Shown here piece by piece: positions 1 through 9,798 of a stretch of 64,000 bases of DNA. The notes under the pieces are model-generated. The model saw only the letters and a program-made list of their open reading frames with translations, was not told where the DNA came from and ran no database searches. The translations under genes and the position numbers were made by a program. The stretch's first letter is position 1. The number at the start of each line of letters is the position of its first letter. Source of the DNA: an uncultured Lachnospiraceae bacterium (GTDB lineage Bacteria > Bacillota > Clostridia > Lachnospirales > Lachnospiraceae). The stretch spans positions 801 through 64,800 of the forward strand of contig CAJUEX010000013.1 in assembly GCA_910585715.1 (NCBI GenBank), read 5' to 3'.

Positions 1-768
1 CATATCGTGCCGATATCTTCTTGTTTTTTCTTCTTTTTGCAGTAATGATTCATAATAATTTTTCTGTGTTTCTTTTAACATCCGTTCATATTCAAGATAA
101 TGTTCCATCCTAATATTCATATCATATACATATAAAATAATTAATATAATCATAATCAGTCCTATAAATAAAATAAATATTAGTTGTCTTACAGTATTAA
201 TTAACTGCTCATCTTTCATATATTCTACTATCTCTTCCAGTGTAACTATTGCCATTGGCATAGAAATTCCTATAAAAACTAAAAAAATGCATGTTATAAC
301 ATTTAAATTCTTTCTTTTCATATAGCTTCTGCTTGATTTATAGAAACAAATAAAAATTAAAACCATCAAAACAATCAGATTGGATAATAGATAGGCATAT
401 TGTTCCTGTCCTAATATGACATATTTTGAAAATACAATCTCTATCATACGTGATAATATTTCATCTACAAAAGTTACCAGTAAAAATGTCATTGAAAAAA
501 ATATTAGTTTTTTTATCTTGCTTCCCTTACTTATAAATGAAAGAATGATAGGTGACAATACCATAATAATAATTTTATATGCTTCTAAAACCACAGATAT
601 TTTAGACAATACCGCTATGCAGACAGAAAATATGATTGTAACTCTCCAAAAGCCGTACATGGAAAAGCCGAAGACTTTTTCCATAAATAACCGGAATTTT
701 AACATTTCACTAAAAGCCAGTATTCCTAATCCACATCCAAAAACAATATTATGTATATTCCATATCAT
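1..768 (-). CDS. Sensor histidine kinase, N-terminal part (AgrC/LytTR-associated GHKL type); runs off the left edge of the window
   Basis: My own translation of the minus strand gives an open frame of exactly 256 codons from ATG at 768 to base 1. It is absent from the ORF track because it is truncated by the window edge. It reads MIWNIHNIVFGCGLGILAF..., shows about 6 hydrophobic helices, then a coiled segment ending in ...KTRRYRHDM. That end resembles the H-box of HPK10/AgrC-type kinases. The start overlaps the 3' end of the LytTR regulator gene. Confidence 0.6.
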   Translation of the reverse strand, partial: MIWNIHNIVFGCGLGILAFSEMLKFRLFMEKVFGFSMYGFWRVTIIFSVCIAVLSKISVVLEAYKIIIMVLSPIILSFISKGSKIKKLIFFSMTFLLVTFVDEILSRMIEIVFSKYVILGQEQYAYLLSNLIVLMVLIFICFYKSSRSYMKRKNLNVITCIFLVFIGISMPMAIVTLEEIVEYMKDEQLINTVRQLIFILFIGLIMIILIILYVYDMNIRMEHYLEYERMLKETQKNYYESLLQKEEKTRRYRHDM

Positions 769-1444
769 AAATTATCTTCCTCTTCTCAAATTCTGTTTTC
801 CTTCGTAAAGAAACCTTTATGCTATTTTCTCCTATATGTATCTGACCTTTTTTATAAAGTCCTATCCGCCCTAAATTAACAATACATTGTCGATTTACTC
901 TGCAGAACAATTCCGGTTCTAATTGTTCTTCCAATTTGTTCAACGATAACTCACTTCTAAATATTTCTTCCTTTACATAAATTTCCACATAACTATCCAC
1001 TGACATAATGTATGAAATATCCTTTTCCAAAATCTCATATCTGACTCGTTTTTTATATACTTCCAGTTTCTTTATTCCCAACATAGTTTTTACCACATCG
1101 TTTAATGCTTCTTTTATTTCCTCTTTCTGAAATGGCTTTGTAATAAACCGAAATGCATTGATTTTAAAAGCCTCTTTAAATCTTTCTGTCTTACTGGTCG
1201 ACATAATAATTTTGCATTCCCCATGTTGTTCAATAAATCTTTTCCCAGTCTCAATCCCGTCCATTTCCGGCATTTCTATATCCAAAAACAATATATCAAG
1301 AATCACATTTCCCTTTAGAAGCTTTTCTCCCGAATGATACAAATAAATCTGAATGTCCTGTTTGCACTCACACATAATTTCTGTTATTATTCTGCTTAAA
1401 GATACTAGTATTTCCTCCTCATCATCACAAATTCCTATATTCAT
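749..1444 (-). CDS. LytTR/AlgR-family two-component response regulator
   Basis: 231 aa. The N-terminal receiver domain has the acidic pocket (ICDDEEE ... DILFLDIEMPEMDG). The C-terminal part looks like a LytTR DNA-binding domain (...ISYIMSVDSYVEIYVKEE ... CRVNRQCIVNL). Confidence 0.85.
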   Translation of the reverse strand: MNIGICDDEEEILVSLSRIITEIMCECKQDIQIYLYHSGEKLLKGNVILDILFLDIEMPEMDGIETGKRFIEQHGECKIIMSTSKTERFKEAFKINAFRFITKPFQKEEIKEALNDVVKTMLGIKKLEVYKKRVRYEILEKDISYIMSVDSYVEIYVKEEIFRSELSLNKLEEQLEPELFCRVNRQCIVNLGRIGLYKKGQIHIGENSIKVSLRRKTEFEKRKIIYDMEYT

Positions 1445-1605
1445 TTTTCCTCCATTTTATGTAATATATTTATCTTTTTCTATTATTATAAATTAAATTT
1501 CATAATATGACAATAAGTTTTTACACATTATAAAAAAGCAATCCGAAAAGATGCCTTTCCAAATTGCTTTTTATTCCTTTTCAATATAATTTCTACACTT
1601 CTTAT

Positions 1606-3096
1606 TTATTCCATTCCCAAAAACTTCTTAACAACCGCCTTCATCTCATCCTTTTCGCATACTGTATCATGCAGAACCGGCGCGGTTCTGATTTCCTCTA
1701 TCGCCTTTGGAACAGTTACCCCTGAAAGCCTGCAAAGCTCATCCACCAGTTCAAAATCCGTCATGGAGTCATACTTTGAGTCAATGGCATTCATAACGCT
1801 TCTCGTAAACTTATAAGGGCTTGCAGTAGAAGCAACTATCGTCTTTGTATTATCTTTGCTTTCTTTCCGGTATTTCTCACAAACAACTCCTGCTACTGCC
1901 GTGTGGGTATCTATCACATAACCGCAATCCTCATACAGCTCCTTGATAAATGCAAAGGCTTCCTCCTCTGTAGCATAACCTCCCCGGAAATCAGCCAGCT
2001 CCTTTTTCATTTCTTCCGTAATTTCATAGGAGCCGTTCCGGCTTAAGGAATCCATCCGCTCTGCATTGGCGGCAGAATCCTCACCTGCTATTTTATAAAT
2101 CAGTCTTTCCAAATTGCTGGAAATCAGAATATCCATGGATGGAGATGATGTTAAAATGAATTCTCTGTTCCTGTCATAGGTTCCTGTCCTGAAGAAATCA
2201 TATAATACTTTATTGTCATTGGAAGCACACACTAACTTGTCAATGGGCACTCCCATATTTTTAGCATAATATGCTGCCAGAATATTACCAAAGTTACCGG
2301 TAGGCACTACCACGTTCATCTTCTCGCCTTCGGACAGCTTTCCGTTTGCCAAAAGCCGTGTGTAGGCATATACATAATAAACTACCTGTGGCACTAAACG
2401 TCCGATGTTAATAGAGTTTGCAGAGGAAAACTGAAATCCCTTTTCATTCATTTCTTTTGCAAGCGCCTCATCCGCAAACAGCTTTTTTACTCCGGTCTGG
2501 GCATCGTCAAAGTTTCCATGGATTCCTACCACATGGGTATTGGCTCCCTTTTGTGTTACCATCTGCTTTTCCTGAATAGGGCTTACTCCGTTCTTTGGGT
2601 AGAACACGATAATCTTCGTTCCCGGAACATCTGCAAAGCCTGCTAAAGCTGCTTTTCCGGTATCCCCGGAGGTAGCTGTCAGAATCACGATATCATTTTT
2701 TACATTATTTTTCTTTGCTGATGTAGTAAGCAGATGGGGCAGAATAGAAAGCGCCATATCCTTAAACGCAATGGTGGCGCCGTGAAACAGTTCCAGATAA
2801 TACACACCTTTTGCTTCTGCCAAAGGCGCAATTTCTTCTACATCAAATTTGGAGTCATATGCGCTGTTAATGCAATGCTTCAGCTCTTCTTCCGTAAAAT
2901 CTGTCAAAAACAGCTTCATGACCTCATAGGCTGTTTCCTGATAATTCATTTTGGAAAGTTCTTCCATGGACAGGGAAAGCTTTGGCAGGCTGGTTGGAAC
3001 AAACAGCCCTCCGTCTTTTGCCAGTCCTTTTAAAATTGCTTCGGAAGCCTTTACAGGTTCACTGTTGCTGCGTGTACTTTTGTATAAAATTTCCAT
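1606..3096 (-). CDS. thrC: Threonine synthase (long form)
   Basis: 496 aa. The N-terminus MEILYKSTRS...ASEAILKGLAKDGGLFVP and the PLP-lysine context FHGATIAFKDMAL are typical of ThrC. Confidence 0.9.
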   Translation of the reverse strand: MEILYKSTRSNSEPVKASEAILKGLAKDGGLFVPTSLPKLSLSMEELSKMNYQETAYEVMKLFLTDFTEEELKHCINSAYDSKFDVEEIAPLAEAKGVYYLELFHGATIAFKDMALSILPHLLTTSAKKNNVKNDIVILTATSGDTGKAALAGFADVPGTKIIVFYPKNGVSPIQEKQMVTQKGANTHVVGIHGNFDDAQTGVKKLFADEALAKEMNEKGFQFSSANSINIGRLVPQVVYYVYAYTRLLANGKLSEGEKMNVVVPTGNFGNILAAYYAKNMGVPIDKLVCASNDNKVLYDFFRTGTYDRNREFILTSSPSMDILISSNLERLIYKIAGEDSAANAERMDSLSRNGSYEITEEMKKELADFRGGYATEEEAFAFIKELYEDCGYVIDTHTAVAGVVCEKYRKESKDNTKTIVASTASPYKFTRSVMNAIDSKYDSMTDFELVDELCRLSGVTVPKAIEEIRTAPVLHDTVCEKDEMKAVVKKFLGME

Positions 3097-3290
3097 AGTA
3101 TGTATCCCTCACATTTTATTGATATCACTTATAAATTTGTGCACTGTTTTGGGCCAGCTTAAAACCTCTTGTATCCATCATATACCAACCCACAAGCTTA
3201 CATCTTTCTTTACACAGTGCCTATTTTATCATATCAACATACCACTTGCAAGAAATACACGTAAAAAGAGTGAAAAAATACTATGGATTC

Positions 3291-3881
3291 TTATCTGTAA
3301 AAATCATGCCCCCCATAGGAACATACTTTTTGAAGCTTTCTCTGGAACCACCCGACCTTATCCCGGGATGCCTTGCTTACTGCTACGAAATAAAGGGCTC
3401 CTCCTGATATATCCTCTCCGTAAATTGCCCTGTCAACGGCTCTTACCGTCTCCGCTGTTACTCTTACGGAATAAAACCTTCCGTCCCTGGTAGGCGCAAA
3501 CTGCGTTTTGCCTCCACTGCTTTGAAATACTACTTCTGTTACCGTATTGGGAAACTTTCTGCTGTTCACCCGGTTCAACACTACATTTGCAACAAGGAGC
3601 TTTCCCTCTTCTCCTTCCCCGGATGCCTCTGCCTCTACGATTCTAAGTAGATTGTTATAATCTGTATCATTTAAGTCGTATAATTTTTTTCTTTCTAAAA
3701 TTTCTTCGTCTATTATTCTGGGGTTAGACACCGCTTCCTCTAATTGTTTTTCATAAATGCTGCTTATCAATCTGTACTTATCCTCTTCCACTTCTTCCTC
3801 TTGTAATGGATTTTGGAAAATCAGCAACAGGATTAAGATGCATTCCACACCAATTACTGTCTTCCCAATTGTTTTTTTCAT
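3291..3881 (-). CDS. Cell wall hydrolase, SleB/CwlJ-type (Hydrolase_2 domain), membrane-anchored or secreted
   Basis: 196 aa with an N-terminal hydrophobic segment. The motif LLRIVEAEASGEGEEGKLLVANVVLNRV...FPNTVTEVVFQ...QFAP is characteristic of this family. Confidence 0.75.
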   Translation of the reverse strand: MKKTIGKTVIGVECILILLLIFQNPLQEEEVEEDKYRLISSIYEKQLEEAVSNPRIIDEEILERKKLYDLNDTDYNNLLRIVEAEASGEGEEGKLLVANVVLNRVNSRKFPNTVTEVVFQSSGGKTQFAPTRDGRFYSVRVTAETVRAVDRAIYGEDISGGALYFVAVSKASRDKVGWFQRKLQKVCSYGGHDFYR

Positions 3882-4110
3882 TTTGCCTCCTTAAGCAGGA
3901 AAATTAAAATGGTTTGAAAACTTCCTGCAATGAAACAGAAATAAATCTGCTTTTTTTGTTACAAGACGTAATACTTTCGTAACATCTCAATGATTATTCT
4001 ATACAGCCACTTGGTAAAATATACTTGATTTGAGTATTTTTTTTGAAAATGATATACTAAGAAATAATAAGATATGACAATAAGGAAAAGTTTGTGAGTG
4101 ATTTCGACCT

Positions 4111-4905
4111 ATGAAACAGTTTTCAGGTGTATTTTCTGCAAGAAAAAAAAATGGAGAACTTTATTATCGCTCCTCCATCACATATCAAAAAAAACATATC
4201 AGCCTTGGCAGCTTTTTAAAAGAAACAGAAGCTCACAAGGCTTATTTGGAAGCCGGTCAGATATTAAAAAATACACAGTTGACCGTAGACCATTATCAGC
4301 CTTGCGTCCTTTCTTTTGAAAAGGCGGTAATTTTATTTAATTTTCGTGACAACGGCATGTATATCGGCACTCCTGTTTATATCCGAAACCGCTTTTTTCA
4401 ATATTATCTTTCCAAAGAGCTTGTGCTTACCTTTGATATTGACGATTTATTTTATTATTCTGTCCATAAAATCATGAAACGGGGAGGACACTTTTTTGTT
4501 GCCGATTACGGCATGCAGGTAAACATCCTGAACCGGTATGGAATCCGGAATTTTGGAGTAAAAAACCGGGACTATCTTTTTAAAAACGGGGATGATACAG
4601 ACTTTCGCTATGAAAACATTCAAATTATCAATCGTTTTCACGGAGTTTTTCAGATAAAGAAAAAAGAAGAAATATTTTATAAGGTGAAAATACACATAAA
4701 CGGCGATTATGTGGTGGGAACGTATTCGGACGAAATCACAGCTGCTATTGCTTTTAACAAGGCAGCCGATATCGTTAAGCAAAAAGGGATTCAAAAAAAT
4801 TTCCCGGTAAATTTTATTGAGAATTTACTGCCTTCCCAATATGCGGATATTTATTCACAAATAAAAATTTCTGACAGGATTTTAAAAATAAATCAGGTAT
4901 TATGA
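4111..4905 (+). CDS. Hypothetical protein with two AP2/ERF-like DNA-binding repeats
   Basis: 264 aa. Two segments fit the AP2 pattern GV...G...I....K...LG.F...EA..AY..A: FSGVFSARKKNGELYYRSSITYQKKHISLGSFLKETEAHKAYLEA and FHGVFQIKKKEEIFYKVKIHINGDYVVGTYSDEITAAIAFNKAA. It is one of the few plus-strand genes. Confidence 0.5.
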   Translation: MKQFSGVFSARKKNGELYYRSSITYQKKHISLGSFLKETEAHKAYLEAGQILKNTQLTVDHYQPCVLSFEKAVILFNFRDNGMYIGTPVYIRNRFFQYYLSKELVLTFDIDDLFYYSVHKIMKRGGHFFVADYGMQVNILNRYGIRNFGVKNRDYLFKNGDDTDFRYENIQIINRFHGVFQIKKKEEIFYKVKIHINGDYVVGTYSDEITAAIAFNKAADIVKQKGIQKNFPVNFIENLLPSQYADIYSQIKISDRILKINQVL

Positions 4906-4930
4906 ATCTCCATAATACCTGATTTATTTT
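4885..4930. terminator. Bidirectional hairpin terminator between convergent genes
   Basis: Perfect 20-bp inverted repeat: aaaataaatcaggtattatg (4885-4904) pairs with cataatacctgatttatttt (4911-4930), with a 6-nt loop. A/T runs flank both sides. It overlaps the stop codon of the 4111..4905 gene. Confidence 0.6.
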
Positions 4931-4947
4931 TCTATGCTTTCCTGCCA

Positions 4948-6120
4948 TCACCGCATATCATAATTCACAAAAGAAATATTCAGATTGGCCTCTCCTTCAA
5001 TCCCGGCAATTTTCCCATGCTGAGTATACTGCCACATGGAAAAGGTATATGGATAGTCCGGAATGTCCTCTGACTGTGAAAGCCATATTGCGTACTTTCC
5101 GAGCTTTGTTAAATCCACCTTCCGAAGAAGCCAGTATTTATTTCCATATATCATGGAATTATATCCTGCTTTTTCTATCCGGTCACAAAAGGCGGCAGCT
5201 ATCTCCGTAAGCTGCATTTTACTAAGGTTATCGGTTCTTGCTTTATCATTGGAAATCATATCCATATGAAACACTACCGGATATGTAATACTATATCCTT
5301 CCAGATTAGCTATCACTAACTCTGCTTCCTCTATTGCCTCTTCCGCTGTCACAGCCTGAGAATAAAAAGTAACCCCAACGCTCAGTCCTGCCTTTTTTGC
5401 ATTGTCCATATTGGCAATAAAGTTTTCATCCACCGAAAGCTCCCCTGTACTATATCCTCTGGAGCCAACCCGTATCATTGCATATTCAATCCCGGCATTT
5501 TTCAACTGGCTGAAATTAACTGTTCCTGTGGATTTACTTACATCCACCCCCATATAAGATATTTTCTGTCCGTTTTCATAATACTTCATAAGCGGTTCCT
5601 GACTGACCAGCCCTACATAGTCATATTTATTTCTGGCTATATAGGAATTTATCATTATCCACTGTTCACTTCCGTCCGGAAAGGTTACTTTGGTCTTTGT
5701 TCCCCCTTCCGACAAATCCTCTTCTTTTTTCAAATCTCCCTCTTTTTCCAAAAGCTCCTGTGCCTTTTTCCCATAGTCATTTTCCGAAAGGGTTTTGTTT
5801 TCCCCTAAATTGTCGGAATCTTCCTTATACATATCCCAAAAGTCCAGCTGGTCAGAGGTAAGCGTGGATTCTCCCAGCTCTAACTCCGAAGCATTTTCTT
5901 CCTCAAGCAAAGCTTCCTGTTGTTCTTTCTCCGCAGCCGCCCTTGCCCTTTCGCTGTAGCGTTCTTCTCTGTTTGACACAAGCACCACACATAAAATAAG
6001 AAGGATAAAGCTGATTACCCCTACAGACATATAAATAACCGGCAGTCCGGTCTTGTTATCATCACTGTTAAAATCATCTGTTAAACCCATATAACCTCCA
6101 TATCGCTGTTGCCTTTTCAT
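4948..6120 (-). CDS. GH25 muramidase (lysozyme) with N-terminal membrane anchor and acidic linker
   Basis: 390 aa. The TM segment is LPVIYMSVGVISFILLILCVVLV. The C-terminal domain GVDVSKSTGTVNFSQLKNAGIEYAMIRVGSRGY...VGVTFYSQA... matches the GH25 pattern. Confidence 0.8.
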   Translation of the reverse strand: MKRQQRYGGYMGLTDDFNSDDNKTGLPVIYMSVGVISFILLILCVVLVSNREERYSERARAAAEKEQQEALLEEENASELELGESTLTSDQLDFWDMYKEDSDNLGENKTLSENDYGKKAQELLEKEGDLKKEEDLSEGGTKTKVTFPDGSEQWIMINSYIARNKYDYVGLVSQEPLMKYYENGQKISYMGVDVSKSTGTVNFSQLKNAGIEYAMIRVGSRGYSTGELSVDENFIANMDNAKKAGLSVGVTFYSQAVTAEEAIEEAELVIANLEGYSITYPVVFHMDMISNDKARTDNLSKMQLTEIAAAFCDRIEKAGYNSMIYGNKYWLLRKVDLTKLGKYAIWLSQSEDIPDYPYTFSMWQYTQHGKIAGIEGEANLNISFVNYDMR

Positions 6121-6388
6121 GCTTTCATTGTTTACTCTTGCTCTTATGCTTGTTCTAGTTTACCACAAATTGCTTTTTAGGGGAATATGGGATTTTCAGG
6201 AGAAGGAACGAAAGCTTTTGGATATTTTTTAATATCTATCGACTTACTCTGTTAAATGCCATATAATGAATTCATGCAGTCATCAAAAACAATAACTTAC
6301 ATAAGAGAATGCAAAAGCATGGGGAACTGGTTAAGATTAAAAGAGACTCTCTCTTAGTAAATATAAACAATGTAAGGAGAAAACTAAT

Positions 6389-7375
6389 ATGATTTCAAAA
6401 ACAGACCAAAAACCATTAAATGAAACACTAAACACTGAAAATTCCCAAAATCCGGAAACTGAAAATAAGACCGTGAAACGCATAATTATGTATCTTGCCG
6501 TTACTTTTCTCATAACCTATCTTTATGAAATCGGTATCGTCTGGCCTGCCCTAAAAAGTGCAAACCCTCTGATGGCCGCACTTTCTCAGATTTTAATAGG
6601 CGTTGTCATGTTCTTTCCTTCCCTTGGGGTATTGATTACCAGATTTGTTACAAAAGAGGGCTTTCACAAAGCCATGCTCCGGCCCAATCTGAAAGGACAT
6701 ATCATCTACTATATCATGGCATGGTTTGGTCCAAGTATATTGATTGCAATCGGTGCCCTTGTTTATTTCCTTCTTTATCCGGACGCCTTTGACCCTTCCA
6801 TGTCCAATATGCTGAATCTTTTAAGAGAACAGGCTGCTGCTTCAGGTGCAGAAGCTTCCGCTCTTTCCGCTATATCTCCTGTCGTGCTTTATGCACAGCT
6901 TGTCTTTGGAGTACTGTTTGCTCCGGTTTTAAATTTCTTTACCTGCTTTGGAGAAGAATGGGGCTGGAGAGGCTATCTGCTCCCTAAAATGAAGGAAAAA
7001 CTGTCCCTGTTCCCCATGCTTTTAATAAATGGCATTATCTGGGGGCTGTGGCATGCTCCTCTAACCGCAATCGGCCATAACTACGGTCTGGATTATCCCG
7101 GATTTCCTTATATGGGAATTTTGGCAATGTGCCTGTTTTGTACGGTTATGGGGATTCTTTTCTCTTATGTGACCTTAAAAACCGGAAGCTGTCTGCCTGC
7201 CGTACTGGCCCACGGCGCATTAAACGGTTTTGCCAGCGCTCCTGCCCTTTTTACAAAGGCCGGATTTGGAAATCCCTTTGTGGGTCCGCTTTCCACCGGG
7301 ATTATAGGAGGGATTGGATTTATTTTGGCTGCAGGGATTGCGCTTGTTTTACTTTTTAAGAAGGATGAAGAATAA
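6389..7375 (+). CDS. CPBP family intramembrane glutamic endopeptidase (CAAX protease / Abi-like)
   Basis: 328 aa, polytopic. The three CPBP motifs are present: EEWGWRGYL, WGLWH and LAHGALNGF. Confidence 0.8.
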   Translation: MISKTDQKPLNETLNTENSQNPETENKTVKRIIMYLAVTFLITYLYEIGIVWPALKSANPLMAALSQILIGVVMFFPSLGVLITRFVTKEGFHKAMLRPNLKGHIIYYIMAWFGPSILIAIGALVYFLLYPDAFDPSMSNMLNLLREQAAASGAEASALSAISPVVLYAQLVFGVLFAPVLNFFTCFGEEWGWRGYLLPKMKEKLSLFPMLLINGIIWGLWHAPLTAIGHNYGLDYPGFPYMGILAMCLFCTVMGILFSYVTLKTGSCLPAVLAHGALNGFASAPALFTKAGFGNPFVGPLSTGIIGGIGFILAAGIALVLLFKKDEE

Positions 7376-7404
7376 TTTTTTAGAGGATTTGGAGAATCCG
7401 GTTA

Positions 7405-8292
7405 TTACAGGCGCTCCCCTGCGATGTTTTTAAATCCTTCTCCAAAAATCTCACTGGCGCTGGAAACAATGGTAAAGGCATTTTTATCGATTTCCTTTAC
7501 AGCCTCTTCAAGCTTGGCTGCATGGTGTTTTTTTACGACGCATAAAAGAATCTTCTTTTTATCCCTGCTGTAAGCTCCTGCTCCTTCCAGATAGGTGACG
7601 CCCACTTCCAGTTCTTCTATCAGGGCGGCGCTTAGGAGCTCCGGCTCTTTGCTGATGATAAAGAACATTTTGGCTTCGTCCCTTCCGTATAAAACCAGAT
7701 CCATTACAGATGCAGTTACCACTACGCTGATTCCCGCATATAATGCGGTTTCCAGATTTTTAAATAAAATTCCCGACAGAGCCACAACCGCAGTATCGAT
7801 AACCAGAAACAGGGTTCCTGTTTTTAAATGCTTATATTTCAGCCTGAGGATTTTTATGATGATGTCGATGCCGCCGGTGGTGGCTTTATGCTTGAAAATA
7901 ATTCCAACGGAGCCTCCTACTAAAACTGCTCCCGTAATGGCGGCTAACAGCTTGTCCTGGGTCGGTGAAGGATAAAGGGACCATAGATTGGTAAAGAAGG
8001 AAACAAGCACGATGGAATACAAGGTAGACAAAATAAACCGGAAACCGAATTTCCATATACCCAGAATTAAAATGGGGATGTTCAGCAGAAAAATCAAGGT
8101 TCCTGTTTCTATGGGGACAAATCTGCTTATAATAATGGAAATGCCGGTAATGCCTCCCGGAGCCAGATTATTAGGGTCTAAAAACAGGGCAATTCCTGCC
8201 GCATATGCAATTGTTGCAAAAAATATTACTGTATAATTTAAAATATGCTTTCTCATATGGTTAGCATATGAAAAAGCATATTTTTTATTCAC
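7405..8292 (-). CDS. YitT family membrane protein (DUF161 repeats plus DUF2179 C-terminal domain)
   Basis: 295 aa. The N-terminal half is polytopic and contains GGITGISIII. The soluble C-terminal domain reads LLCVVKKHHAAKLEEAVKEIDKNAFTIV. Confidence 0.75.
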   Translation of the reverse strand: MNKKYAFSYANHMRKHILNYTVIFFATIAYAAGIALFLDPNNLAPGGITGISIIISRFVPIETGTLIFLLNIPILILGIWKFGFRFILSTLYSIVLVSFFTNLWSLYPSPTQDKLLAAITGAVLVGGSVGIIFKHKATTGGIDIIIKILRLKYKHLKTGTLFLVIDTAVVALSGILFKNLETALYAGISVVVTASVMDLVLYGRDEAKMFFIISKEPELLSAALIEELEVGVTYLEGAGAYSRDKKKILLCVVKKHHAAKLEEAVKEIDKNAFTIVSSASEIFGEGFKNIAGERL

Positions 8293-8409
8293 TTATTTTT
8301 TTACAGAAATGCTGGCACATTGGTATTTTGCAAAACTATGAGGATACCTGAATGTCAATATATTTGTACGTTTTTGTACGTTAAATATTTGTTTGAAAAT
8401 ATTTCTACG

Positions 8410-9633
8410 CTAAATATTGGTACGGACAATTTTGGGCTGATAGCCTCCTGTGTATAATGCATCGATAATCTGGTTCTTATGGTCGGTTCCAAATGCCTCC
8501 ATGGTAATTCGAAGCTCCACAGCCGCATTCCGGTTGGTGGAAACAAACTGATTGTGCTCTAGCTTGATCACATTGCCGCTTTCCTTTGCAATTACATCCG
8601 CCACCTTGGAGAGCTCTCCCGGCTTATCGGGAAGCAGTACGGAAACGGTAAAAATACGGTCCCTGAAAATCAGCCCCTGCTGCACTACCGAGGACATGGT
8701 AATCACATCCATATTTCCGCCGCTTAAGATTGCCACTACCTTTTTATCATTTACATCCAGTTTTTTCAATGCGGCTACCGTTAGCAGGCCGGAATTTTCC
8801 ACTACCATCTTATGGTTTTCCACCATATCAAGGAAAGCCACAACTAACTCTGCATCCTCTACTGTAATAATATCATCCAGATTTTTCTTTATATATGGGA
8901 AGATATTGGTTCCCGGAGTCTTTACGGCGGTGCCGTCCGCTATTGTATTTACAGTGGGAAGGGTCACTACCTCTCCCGCTTTCAAAGAGGCCTCCATGCA
9001 GTTTGCTCCTGCCGGCTCCACGCCGATTACCTGAATCTTCGGATTCAACAGCTTTGCCAGGGTGGAAACTCCTGTTGCAAGCCCGCCTCCTCCGATTGGT
9101 ACTAAAATATAATCCACTAACGGAAGCTCCTTGATGATTTCCATGGCAATGGTTCCCTGACCGGTAGCAACTGCCGGGTCGTCAAAGGGATGGATAAACG
9201 TATAGCCGTGTTCATCCGCCAGCTCATAGGCTTTTGCGCAGGCTTCATCATACACGTCTCCGTAAAGAACCACCTCAGCTCCGTAGCTTTTTGTCCTGTT
9301 CACCTTCATTAATGGGGTTGTGGTGGGCATGACGATAACTGCCTTTGTGCCATATTTTTTTGCCGCATAGGCAACACCCTGGGCATGGTTGCCTGCAGAG
9401 GCTGTAATAATGCCCTTTGAACGTTCTTCTGCTGTAAGGGTGCTCATTTTGTAGTAAGCGCCCCTTACCTTGTAAGCCCCTGTAAACTGCATGTTTTCCG
9501 GCTTTAAATATACCTTGTTGCCGGTCTGGGCGCTGAGATATTCACTGTAGACTAACTCCGTAGGCTGGGTAACCTCCTTTACCTTTTCGGAAGCTTCTTC
9601 AAACTGCTTTAATGTAAGCATTTCCTGTTCCAT
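8410..9633 (-). CDS. ilvA: Threonine ammonia-lyase (threonine dehydratase) with C-terminal ACT-like domain
   Basis: 407 aa. It has the PLP-lysine motif ENMQFTGAYKVRGA, SAGNHAQGVAYAA and the glycine loop PIGGGGL. Confidence 0.9.
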   Translation of the reverse strand: MEQEMLTLKQFEEASEKVKEVTQPTELVYSEYLSAQTGNKVYLKPENMQFTGAYKVRGAYYKMSTLTAEERSKGIITASAGNHAQGVAYAAKKYGTKAVIVMPTTTPLMKVNRTKSYGAEVVLYGDVYDEACAKAYELADEHGYTFIHPFDDPAVATGQGTIAMEIIKELPLVDYILVPIGGGGLATGVSTLAKLLNPKIQVIGVEPAGANCMEASLKAGEVVTLPTVNTIADGTAVKTPGTNIFPYIKKNLDDIITVEDAELVVAFLDMVENHKMVVENSGLLTVAALKKLDVNDKKVVAILSGGNMDVITMSSVVQQGLIFRDRIFTVSVLLPDKPGELSKVADVIAKESGNVIKLEHNQFVSTNRNAAVELRITMEAFGTDHKNQIIDALYTGGYQPKIVRTNI

Positions 9634-9675
9634 ATAATACCTTCTTTCTTTTATTTCCTGTTATTTTCCACCGCA

Positions 9676-9706
9676 GGCACATAAGGGATTTCCTCCCTTA
9701 TGTGCC
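9676..9706 (-). terminator. Strong hairpin between ftsY and ilvA; possible terminator or attenuator
   Basis: Perfect 13-bp stem ggcacataaggga / tcccttatgtgcc with a 5-nt loop. No clean U-tract follows on the minus strand, so the role is uncertain. Confidence 0.35.
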
Positions 9707-9798
9707 ACGGTATATGTTTCTGTTTCAGTGCTTTTCACTTCAGACATATTACCATCAAAATGTATTTTCACCTGCAAACACATTTTCAAAATATATCG

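Noticed and set aside
416-808. Plus-strand ORF of 130 aa at the left end
   Set aside because: It lies antisense to a continuous 256-codon minus-strand frame with clear multi-TM kinase features and an H-box. It has no ribosome-binding site and its composition is low-complexity and AT-driven.
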